From Legionellaceae bacterium (GTDB taxonomy: Bacteria > Pseudomonadota > Gammaproteobacteria > UBA12402): a stretch of 52,769 nt of DNA. The DNA lies in contig PANR01000047.1 in NCBI GenBank assembly GCA_002707695.1, forward strand, positions 1 to 52,769. Direction: 5' to 3'. The position numbers and the translations under genes are program-made. Positions 21,324-29,421 of the stretch are shown one piece after another; within the stretch, counting starts at the first letter, position 1, and each line of letters begins with the position of its first letter. The notes under the pieces are model-generated. The model worked only from the letters and a program-made list of their open reading frames with translations, ran no database searches and was not told the origin of the DNA.

Positions 21324-22610
21324 TTAAGGTATATTGCTAGTTTTTTTTAAATTTAGCATCCATTTCCATGTTGGGAGTATATGAATGGTAAAATGTTCGT
21401 TTGTTATTGTCTCTGTTTCATCTTCTGTTAATAAATAAACGTTTTTTAATTTGTATTTTTCGGCGGCTTCAACGACCCCATTTAGCTCTCGCTCTTTGTT
21501 ACCATCATGGATATGTTGGCAGACCTGAATGGCGCTGGTAATGGTTTTGCCTTGTCTCGTAATAAAGTCGCATTCATATTTGTCACGATGAAAATAAATT
21601 TCCGTGTGCTCTTGCCTGGACAGTTCTAGAAAGACGCTGTTTTCTAGAAATCGACCATAATCGTCACTAAATCTAAAACCAATAGCTTGTGACAGACCAG
21701 AGTCAATAAAATAAGCTTTCTTAGATGAGGCGAGCTGTTTTTTTAATGAATAATCATAGCGGTTAATGAAAAAGCATAAAAAGCTATTGCTTAAATATTC
21801 ACAATATTCTGAAACAGTTGTTGTGCTTCCCAGACCTAACATCTTTTTAAGTTTGTTGTAACTGACATCTTTCCCAACGTTGCTTGATAGATAAAGAGAA
21901 AGTTCGCGCAGTGCTTTTTCATTGTTTATTTTGTATCTTGTAATGATGTCTCTATAAATAATGTTGTTATAGAGCGAGATAAGATATTCCTGGCTGTTAT
22001 TAGTAATATATTCAGGAAAACCACCTTGGGAGATGTATTCGTTGAATAATGTTTTGAAGTATACGTTTTCAGTGGTTGTTAAATCATCGCTTATTTCAAT
22101 GCTGTTCTTGCCAGTTTTTGACAAGACAAATTCTTTGAAAGAGAACGGATGCATGCGTAGAGTAACGTGTCTTCCCGTTAGGCGTGTTCCAAGTTCGCTG
22201 CTGAACATACTGGCGTTCGATCCAGTAATAAAAACTTTATTGCCCTGGTCGTGAAGTCGGCGAATGAACCGCTCCCAATCAGGGACGTTTTGTATTTCAT
22301 CAAAATAGAATGTCTGTTGCTCGCCATATAATTCGATGAAAACTTCGTATAAAATCTGAAAATCTTCAACTTTAAAACTAAGCAAACGTTCATCATCAAA
22401 ATTAAGGTAATAATTTTTCTCAGGAAGCTGCTCTCTTATTAGCTGAAGCTCGGTGGACTTTCCACATCGCCTAATTCCTGTAATGATGACAACCTGGTTG
22501 ATTTTAGTCAGTTCAAGAAGCTTGTTGTGCACGTCTCTTGGGATCGCACGTTTCTGAAAAACTTGTCTTTGTTGGTCAATGATGATTTGTCTTAGGCTGG
22601 ACTTGTCCAT
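21324..22610 (-). CDS. AAA_14-type ATPase with DUF4143 domain, paralogue B (nuclease-like motif degenerate)
   Basis: Walker A GIRRCGKST and Walker B FYFDEIQNV. C-terminal ECDFIT...SAIQVCQ stands where paralogues A and C have ExK (IEIK). Visibly more AT-rich than its neighbours. Confidence 0.85.
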   Translation of the reverse strand: MDKSSLRQIIIDQQRQVFQKRAIPRDVHNKLLELTKINQVVIITGIRRCGKSTELQLIREQLPEKNYYLNFDDERLLSFKVEDFQILYEVFIELYGEQQTFYFDEIQNVPDWERFIRRLHDQGNKVFITGSNASMFSSELGTRLTGRHVTLRMHPFSFKEFVLSKTGKNSIEISDDLTTTENVYFKTLFNEYISQGGFPEYITNNSQEYLISLYNNIIYRDIITRYKINNEKALRELSLYLSSNVGKDVSYNKLKKMLGLGSTTTVSEYCEYLSNSFLCFFINRYDYSLKKQLASSKKAYFIDSGLSQAIGFRFSDDYGRFLENSVFLELSRQEHTEIYFHRDKYECDFITRQGKTITSAIQVCQHIHDGNKERELNGVVEAAEKYKLKNVYLLTEDETETITNEHFTIHILPTWKWMLNLKKTSNIP

Positions 22611-22635
22611 ATTTCACGCTATTTGTTAACAAGGG

Positions 22636-22721
22636 TTTCCATTAGTAATGGAAAGTATAGCTAAAATATTTCCATTGTCAATGGAGGGTTTTAACGAAAA
22701 GTTTCCATTGACAATGGAAAC
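22636..22721. promoter_or_regulatory. Three phased palindromes TTTCCATT-N3-AATGGAAA upstream of AAA paralogue B
   Basis: TTTCCATTAGTAATGGAAA (22636-22654), TTTCCATTGTCAATGGAG (22669-22686), GTTTCCATTGACAATGGAAAC (22701-22721, perfect 21-mer). Centres are about 33 bp apart. Confidence 0.6.
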
Positions 22722-22727
22722 TATGGC

Positions 22728-23459
22728 CTAGCTGTTAATTAACGACGGTGGGATATGCTGATCACCGAAAACGTAGGTTAATCCGAGTTGGATTTGATTA
22801 GCGCTGAGTTCATCGTTGCCCACTTGATAGGTTGGGTTGTTGCCCCAGGGGCCCCAAGTTAATTTGCCCAGATCTTGGTGATAGGCGGCAAGATCAAACA
22901 ATAAGTTATCCGTTAATTTCACGTGCGTGCCTAAGCCTAGCTGCCAGGCTTCGCGGAAGGTGTTTTGCGAGTGCTCAGATTGTTGAGCATAAGTCATGTC
23001 AGTAGTATTCATGGCAGCGCCGATGCCGCCTGTGATAAATGGTATGACGGGGTAACCAAAGTTCCCATTCAGCGTGACGTTCGCAAATAGTGCTCGCGAG
23101 GTGATTGTGCTGCTAAGCTTGCTTGAGCCGCCAGTAAATAAAGGGCTGGTGTCATAATTAAAATCGAGCAGTTGTTGGTAGGATAAATCGAGTTGAACGG
23201 GTAATCGTTTAAATGCATATCCGAATTTAATAACGGCGCCGGGCTGATGGGTGTTGCTGGGCTTTTCATCCTTTAGGCTGCCCGCACCTTTTTGAAGGTT
23301 TAGTGTGCCCAGATCAATCGAAGCGTAGCCAAGCCCGCCGCCAAGATAGTAGCCGTTTGGGTAGAAGGCGTTTGGCAGGTAAAACTGCGCCGAGGCAGCG
23401 CCCGCCACCGTGAGGAGGCTGGCGCTCAAGGCTAGGGTGGATAATATCTTCGTCCTCAT
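22728..23459 (-). CDS. Outer-membrane beta-barrel protein (OmpA-TM/OmpW-like small porin family)
   Basis: Signal peptide MRTKILSTLALSASLLTVAGAASAQ. Alternating aromatic beta-strand pattern ending ...LGLTYVF. I set the start at Met20 of the track ORF. Confidence 0.75.
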   Translation of the reverse strand: MRTKILSTLALSASLLTVAGAASAQFYLPNAFYPNGYYLGGGLGYASIDLGTLNLQKGAGSLKDEKPSNTHQPGAVIKFGYAFKRLPVQLDLSYQQLLDFNYDTSPLFTGGSSKLSSTITSRALFANVTLNGNFGYPVIPFITGGIGAAMNTTDMTYAQQSEHSQNTFREAWQLGLGTHVKLTDNLLFDLAAYHQDLGKLTWGPWGNNPTYQVGNDELSANQIQLGLTYVFGDQHIPPSLINS

Positions 23460-23543
23460 TGTGTCTCTCGTTATATTTATATTGAGTCTAGCATGGATTA
23501 CACGCTTTGCAAGCATTTTCTTACAAAAATGAAGGAAATAGCC

Positions 23544-24911
23544 TTAATCGTCTTTCTTAGGCCGTCGCCACCCTTTGATAGTGACTTGCTTGGCTCTGGC
23601 CACGGTGAGGGCGTCTTTAGGCGCGTTTTTGCTGATGGTTGAGCCTGATCCTGTCGTTGCGCCTTTTTCTATGGTCACCGGCGCAACCAAATTATTATTA
23701 GAGCCGATGAAAGCATCGTCTTCGATAATAGTTTGGTGTTTGTTAGCGCCATCGTAATTGCAAGTGATGGTGCCGGCACCGATATTTACGTGATTACCCA
23801 TTTGCGTATCACCAATATAAGAGAGGTGATTTACTTTACTATTTTCGCCGATGTCGCTTTTTTTAATTTCAACAAAATTACCAATTTTAGCGCGTGGGTG
23901 TAAATGTGTGCCGGGCCGCAATCGCGCGAAGGGCCCCACTTGGCAACCGTTATCAATGTCGGTTTCTTCAATGACGCAATTGGCCAGGATAGTGACATCG
24001 TCACCGATTGTCACATCACGCAGCAATACGTTGGGGCCGATATGACAATTGTTGCCAATAGTCACACGCCCTTCGACAATCACATTGATATCAATAGTGA
24101 CATCTTTGCCAGCCGTGAGTTGGCCACGCAAATCAAAACGTGCAGGATCCATTAATGTTACCCCGCTTTGCATGAGTTTTTTTGCTTGTTCCATTTGATA
24201 GACCCTCTCTAATGCAGCGAGTTGTTCTCGCGTGTTAACACCACATATTTCAAATTCATCGTGAGTTACGATGGTTTCTAAATGAATGTGATCGCTAATG
24301 GCGATCGCAAATAAATCAGTTAAGTAAAATTCTTTTTGTGAGTTATTGTTATCAATGGTGGGTAAATGTTTTTTTAAAAAACTCACAGGGAATAAACACA
24401 CGCCTGAGTTCACTTCGCTAATTTGTTTTTGTGCATCATCGGCATCTTTTTCCTCAACCATCGCAAGAGGATTGCCATCGTTATCCCGCACGACGCGCCC
24501 CAAACCATGAGGATTAGGCAAAATGGCGGTGAGCCACGCAATGCTGTCGCTGGGGGTGGCGAGTAATTTTTTCAGCGTTGCTGATTTAATTAATGGTACG
24601 TCACCATAAATGACAAGCGCGCGGTGATCATCTGGCAGCTTGGGTAGGGCGGTCGCAACGGCGTCGGCTGTGCCGCGCTGTTCATGTTGAATTGCCCAGC
24701 GTACACCAGAATCCATATCGATCAGATTGTTCTCAACTTCAGGGCGTTCGGCCGCAGTGACGACTATAATCTGATCAACGCCTGATTGTTGAGCTGAGTT
24801 AATAACATGCTCGAGCAAGGGTTTGCCCGCAAGCTTATGGAGTACTTTGGGCACAGCGGATCGCATCCGTGTTCCGGAGCCGGCAGCTAAGATGACAGCG
24901 CTTGTTGGCAC
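23544..24911 (-). CDS. glmU: Bifunctional GlcNAc-1-P uridyltransferase / GlcN-1-P acetyltransferase GlmU
   Basis: LAAGSGTRM nucleotidyltransferase motif plus C-terminal left-handed beta-helix hexapeptide repeats. GTG start. Confidence 0.95.
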   Translation of the reverse strand: MPTSAVILAAGSGTRMRSAVPKVLHKLAGKPLLEHVINSAQQSGVDQIIVVTAAERPEVENNLIDMDSGVRWAIQHEQRGTADAVATALPKLPDDHRALVIYGDVPLIKSATLKKLLATPSDSIAWLTAILPNPHGLGRVVRDNDGNPLAMVEEKDADDAQKQISEVNSGVCLFPVSFLKKHLPTIDNNNSQKEFYLTDLFAIAISDHIHLETIVTHDEFEICGVNTREQLAALERVYQMEQAKKLMQSGVTLMDPARFDLRGQLTAGKDVTIDINVIVEGRVTIGNNCHIGPNVLLRDVTIGDDVTILANCVIEETDIDNGCQVGPFARLRPGTHLHPRAKIGNFVEIKKSDIGENSKVNHLSYIGDTQMGNHVNIGAGTITCNYDGANKHQTIIEDDAFIGSNNNLVAPVTIEKGATTGSGSTISKNAPKDALTVARAKQVTIKGWRRPKKDD

Positions 24912-25040
24912 GACCCACTTCCTTCAATTAATTTCGCGAGTATATCATAAGCTTGGTTGGCAAATCCAAACACAAAAACCATTGATTTGCTGACAATTTG
25001 TGTATAATGAAGTCATAGGCCGACTCAATGATGCATAAGG

Positions 25041-26255
25041 ATGTTGCTCATGTATAAACAAAGATTTTTTGCCACGCTTTCTTTTCTCGCCATATTAATC
25101 CCCGCCTATGCGTGGTCTCAGTCTTCTCCAGTTTCCTTAATTGCTACGACCAATCAAGGCACTTACAGAACAGCGGATAACGGGCGTAGTTGGCAATCAG
25201 TTTCTCAGGATACCCCCAAAATCTGCATGGTAATGCCCGTGATGACAAAGCATGGCAAGCAGGCAAATGATTTAAGAAAGCGCGCTTCTCATCAAACACG
25301 TGCGTTTTTTCCTGAGGCGAGCTGTCAGAATCAGGTGATCGCAGGCGGCGCTGCTCGGGCGCTATCTGACCAATCGATGTATGTCAAAACAGGCACAGGA
25401 TATTCCAAAATTCCGTTGAAGCAGGTCGTGGGCGCGCCCGTCGCGTCAGTTAAAATGGCTCAGTTGTCGCCCAGCGCTAAAACGCTCGCCATTGTTTTCA
25501 AAAATCAACAGGGCGCCGATCAACTCGGTGTTGTAAACGCACAGACAATGACACCTCGGTATCACCCCGTAACATTGAAAGTGAATCTTGGAGAGCCTCA
25601 ACAGTTTATTTTTTCCCACTCTCAAGACTCGATGCCCAGTCCTTCAACAGTGATGTTAGCAAGTGCAGCACCAGCACCAACGAATGCATTTAGCGCGCCT
25701 GCTAGTGTCGGTGCATTGGTGGGTAGTAATGCTACGGCAGCAGTTGTGGTCAGTGGCCAAACGTTGAAAGTTATTCCTAAATCTGGGGGTGGTAGGCATG
25801 CTTCACAAGGCCACAATACGCAGCCTTATCTTACTCGCTTCCATCGTTATCATTCGCAGGGCAACGCTGCTCAACCAAACGTTTACATCCCTTATGATCC
25901 CTATAGCAACTATTCTCATGACAGAGTGTTAGCGGCGACAAGGAGTGATGATGGACAGAGGCTCATCACAATTGAGCGCAGGTATGGTAGGGGCAGGCGG
26001 TCTTCACAACATCATTATGATGTTGTTACCAGGCATTATAACGCTGAAAACCATCAAACGAGCGTGCATAGAGAGTATGTGGCCGCGGGAGCTTTGCAGC
26101 GTGGGGTGGGGGTTAGGTTTGGCGATGGTCGACCTGCAGTCGTTCGTTATGATGGCAAACACCCTGTCCGAGTCAATCAGCCTGGGTATCAACCTGTTTA
26201 TCTTCCAAATAGCATGATGGTTAAATATATGCAGTTTGATACGGTTTCTCATTAG
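25041..26255 (+). CDS. Secreted hypothetical protein with one Asp-box (BNR) motif and a His/Tyr/Arg-rich C-terminus
   Basis: Signal-peptide-like N-terminus (FFATLSFLAILIPAYAWSQ). TADNGRSW fits SxDxGxTW. I recognise no other family. Confidence 0.55.
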   Translation: MLLMYKQRFFATLSFLAILIPAYAWSQSSPVSLIATTNQGTYRTADNGRSWQSVSQDTPKICMVMPVMTKHGKQANDLRKRASHQTRAFFPEASCQNQVIAGGAARALSDQSMYVKTGTGYSKIPLKQVVGAPVASVKMAQLSPSAKTLAIVFKNQQGADQLGVVNAQTMTPRYHPVTLKVNLGEPQQFIFSHSQDSMPSPSTVMLASAAPAPTNAFSAPASVGALVGSNATAAVVVSGQTLKVIPKSGGGRHASQGHNTQPYLTRFHRYHSQGNAAQPNVYIPYDPYSNYSHDRVLAATRSDDGQRLITIERRYGRGRRSSQHHYDVVTRHYNAENHQTSVHREYVAAGALQRGVGVRFGDGRPAVVRYDGKHPVRVNQPGYQPVYLPNSMMVKYMQFDTVSH

Positions 26256-26344
26256 CTATCCAATCGCATGGATGGCTCAAAATTTGAGCAGATTGGCCGC
26301 GTTTTTCTCGCTATTTTCACTTAAATGAGGGTATACTGCTGCTC

Positions 26345-27097
26345 ATGAAAAGTGAGCATGATAAAAAAACGCATTTTGGTTTTCAAAACGTCGCTTGGGG
26401 AGAAAAAGCAGCCAGCGTCGCCAAAGTCTTCCACTCAGTAGCCAGCAAATATGACATCATGAATGACTTCATGTCATTTGGCCTGCATCGGCTGTGGAAG
26501 CAAAAAACCTTAAGTGAAAGTGGTGTGCAGCCAGGCAATAACGTATTGGATTTGGCGGGCGGCACGGGTGATTTGGCTAAAGTGTTTGCTAAACGTGTCG
26601 GTCGTGAAGGCCGAGTAGTGCTGTGTGATATTAACGAGAGCATGTTAATAAGTGGTCGTGAGCGCTTGGTTAATGCTAATGTTGTCGCTAATGTTGATTA
26701 TGTTCAAGCCGATGCTGAAGCCTTACCTTTTCCCGATAATTATTTTGACTGCATCACCATAGCATTTGGTTTGCGCAATGTGACTGACAAAGCTGCAGCG
26801 CTTCGATCGATGCATCGCGTTTTAAAACCAGATGGCCAGCTGTTAATTTTGGAGTTTTCTAAAGTGCCAGATGGCATGATGAAAAAAATTTATGATTGGT
26901 ATTCGTTTAATGTTATTCCTCGCATAGGAAAAGTTGTTGCTAACGATCATGATAGCTACCAATATCTTGTAGAGTCGATTCGTATGCACCCTGATCAAGA
27001 AACATTGTTAGGAATGATGCGCGAGGCTGGGTTTCAATCACCGAGCTATACCAATTTAACCAACGGAGTGGTGGCATTGCATCGAGGGTTTAAATGA
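26345..27097 (+). CDS. ubiE: Ubiquinone/menaquinone C-methyltransferase UbiE
   Basis: VASKYD.MND.MS.G.HR.WK and the [12 protein letters not shown] motif. Confidence 0.93.
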   Translation: MKSEHDKKTHFGFQNVAWGEKAASVAKVFHSVASKYDIMNDFMSFGLHRLWKQKTLSESGVQPGNNVLDLAGGTGDLAKVFAKRVGREGRVVLCDINESMLISGRERLVNANVVANVDYVQADAEALPFPDNYFDCITIAFGLRNVTDKAAALRSMHRVLKPDGQLLILEFSKVPDGMMKKIYDWYSFNVIPRIGKVVANDHDSYQYLVESIRMHPDQETLLGMMREAGFQSPSYTNLTNGVVALHRGFK

Positions 27098-27699
27098 TTA
27101 AAGACGTGGCATTAGCAGGCTTGGAAAAAGCAATTAATCTTGCTTTAAAGCTAGATGAAAACAGTAATAATAATTTAGCCGGTTTAAAAAACCACACCAT
27201 CAAGATAACGTTATCTGATTTGTCGCTCGATTTTTATTTATCCTTTACAGATGATCATGTTTATGTGCAGCAACATTGCTTGGGCGAGCCACAGCTAACC
27301 ATTTCAGGCAGCACAACCGCTTTTATAAAAATGGCAACAAAAAAACACGGGTCCTCATTACCTAAAGAAATGGAGGTCATGGGCAGTGCGCATTTAGCTC
27401 AACAGCTACAACAGTTTATAGCTACAATTAATATTGACTGGGAAGAACACTTATCGCGGTTAACAGGTGACACGTTTGCTACGCAGTTTACGCAATTTGT
27501 CAAAAAAAGCGCGCGTTTATTTAAACGGCAATCTCGCGAGTTTGGCCTGAACTTGAAAGAGTATCTTGAAGAAGAGTCACGTTTGGTGGTGCGTCAAGAC
27601 GAGGTTGAACAGTTTTGCCAAGAGGTTGATGAGCTTCGACATGGCGTGGCACGGCTATCTGCCCGCATTCAACACATTGAGGATACCAATCAAGCATGA
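27094..27699 (+). CDS. ubiJ: Ubiquinone biosynthesis accessory factor UbiJ (SCP2 domain)
   Basis: About 200 aa, lying between and overlapping ubiE and ubiB as in other gammaproteobacteria. SCP2-like N-terminal half and coiled-coil C-terminus. Confidence 0.7.
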   Translation: MIKDVALAGLEKAINLALKLDENSNNNLAGLKNHTIKITLSDLSLDFYLSFTDDHVYVQQHCLGEPQLTISGSTTAFIKMATKKHGSSLPKEMEVMGSAHLAQQLQQFIATINIDWEEHLSRLTGDTFATQFTQFVKKSARLFKRQSREFGLNLKEYLEEESRLVVRQDEVEQFCQEVDELRHGVARLSARIQHIEDTNQA

Positions 27700-29309
27700 A
27701 AATTTTTCGTTTAATTCACATTGGGTTGGTTTTCGCGCGTTATCGCATTGATGGTATTGTGCTAACCACCCCATGGTTTTATCCGTTTCGATTTTTGCGA
27801 TTGCTCAATCCTTTTCAATATATTCCAGGTCAAAAACTTTCTCGTGGTGAGCGAATTCGCATTGCTTTAGAAAAACTGGGGCCTATTTTTGTTAAGTTTG
27901 GGCAAGTGTTGTCGACACGTCGCGATTGGTTGCCAGACGATATTGCTAGTGAATTGGAAAAGCTGCAAGATAATGTTAAGCCTTTTCCAGGCAAAAAAGC
28001 ACGTGAAATCATCCGCAAGAGTTTAAAAAAACCCACTCATCAATTGTTTAAACATTTTTCTGATACCGCACTTGCTTCAGCCAGCATTGCGCAAGTACAC
28101 GCGGCAGAATTAATGGACGGCACGCCCATTGTTGTTAAGGTGCTCCGCCCAAAAGTTGAAAAACAAGTTCAGCGTGACATGAGCCTGCTTAAACTTGCTG
28201 CCAGATTTTGTCAGGCAGTATTGCCCAATGGGCAAAATGCTCGTCCAATGGCCGTAGTAGCTGAGTTTGAGCGGCATTTAAAAAATGAACTCGATTTGAC
28301 ATTAGAAGCAGCTAACGCTGCCCAGCTTGCACGTAACCTAGAAAAAGACGATTTGGTTGGCATTCCGGCGGTGTACTGGGATTACTGTGCGAAAAACGTG
28401 TTGGCGTTAGAGCGCGTTGACGGCATCCCCATTTCACATATGAAACAATTAAAATCATCGGATATCGATTTAAAACAATTAGCTTCAAGTGCTATTGATA
28501 TGTTTTTTACACAGGTGTTTCGAGATAACTTCTTTCACGCTGATTTGCACCCGGGTAATATTTTTGTGGCCAAGCGCGCGTCGGGCAAACCCAAATTTTT
28601 ATTAGTTGATTTTGGTGTCGCTGGCACATTAAGCGCAACCGATCAGCGTTACATCGCTGAAAATTTATTGGCTTTTTTCAAACGTGACTATCAACGCGTT
28701 GCTGATTTGCATGTTGCTTCAGGTTGGCTGCCGCCTGATACTCGTGCTCATGAATTTGCCATCCAAATACGCGCTATCTCAGAACCTTTTTTCGAGAAAC
28801 CACTTAAAGATATTTCGATTGGCTTACTATTGCTGCGTTTGTTTCAAACTGCCAGACGGTTTAATATTATTATTCAGCCGCAATTAATTTTGCTTCAGAA
28901 AAATTTATTGCATATCGAAAGTATTAGTCGCCAACTCGATCCGGATCTTGATTTATGGCAGACTGCAAAACCATTTTTAGAACGTTGGCTCAAGACACAA
29001 GTGGGTCCGCGAGCTGTGCTTCGTAAAGTCTGTCAGCAATTACCTTATTGGGGCGAAAAGCTACCCGAACTGCCCGAGTTGGTTTACCAGTTTTTACAAC
29101 AATCTACATCGCCAACCCCTTCGCATGCTCCACAAACACAATATAGTAAAGCGCCTGCTGCACGCGGTGGTTTAATTGCTGGCATTATGTTTCTTTTTGC
29201 TAGCACGCTTGTGTTTGCAACTGCGCCCCAGGCTCACATTGCTGGTTGGGTGCTCTTTGGTGTCGGCGTGGGTAGTGCGGTGCTGAGTTTTTTAAAGCGG
29301 CTTGCTTAA
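27696..29309 (+). CDS. ubiB: Ubiquinone biosynthesis protein kinase-like UbiB
   Basis: ABC1/UbiB signature (LGPIFVKFGQVLSTRRD, ASIAQVH, HADLHPGNIF) and C-terminal TM segments. Confidence 0.93.
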   Translation: MKIFRLIHIGLVFARYRIDGIVLTTPWFYPFRFLRLLNPFQYIPGQKLSRGERIRIALEKLGPIFVKFGQVLSTRRDWLPDDIASELEKLQDNVKPFPGKKAREIIRKSLKKPTHQLFKHFSDTALASASIAQVHAAELMDGTPIVVKVLRPKVEKQVQRDMSLLKLAARFCQAVLPNGQNARPMAVVAEFERHLKNELDLTLEAANAAQLARNLEKDDLVGIPAVYWDYCAKNVLALERVDGIPISHMKQLKSSDIDLKQLASSAIDMFFTQVFRDNFFHADLHPGNIFVAKRASGKPKFLLVDFGVAGTLSATDQRYIAENLLAFFKRDYQRVADLHVASGWLPPDTRAHEFAIQIRAISEPFFEKPLKDISIGLLLLRLFQTARRFNIIIQPQLILLQKNLLHIESISRQLDPDLDLWQTAKPFLERWLKTQVGPRAVLRKVCQQLPYWGEKLPELPELVYQFLQQSTSPTPSHAPQTQYSKAPAARGGLIAGIMFLFASTLVFATAPQAHIAGWVLFGVGVGSAVLSFLKRLA

Positions 29310-29342
29310 TCCTTGTTCTAAAATTTCTCTTGTTAAGAAACA

Positions 29343-29362
29343 CTTAATAATTCCTTAATTTT
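29343..29362 (+). promoter_or_regulatory. Tandem CTTAAT box (PmrA-type) upstream of the GDSL lipase gene
   Basis: CTTAATAAT-TC-CTTAATTTT. It is 19/20 identical to 31842-31861 and fits cTTAATatT-N2-cTTAATatT / TTAA-N7-TTAA. Confidence 0.6.
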
Positions 29363-29421
29363 CATCATATACACTCGAGAACATTAACATCACGTCCAGC
29401 CAGAATAAAAGGAGGTCTGTC

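Noticed and set aside
29305-29313. Single GCTTAATCC at the ubiB stop codon
   Set aside because: It is an isolated half-site that contains the stop codon, with no partner repeat at the N2 spacing.
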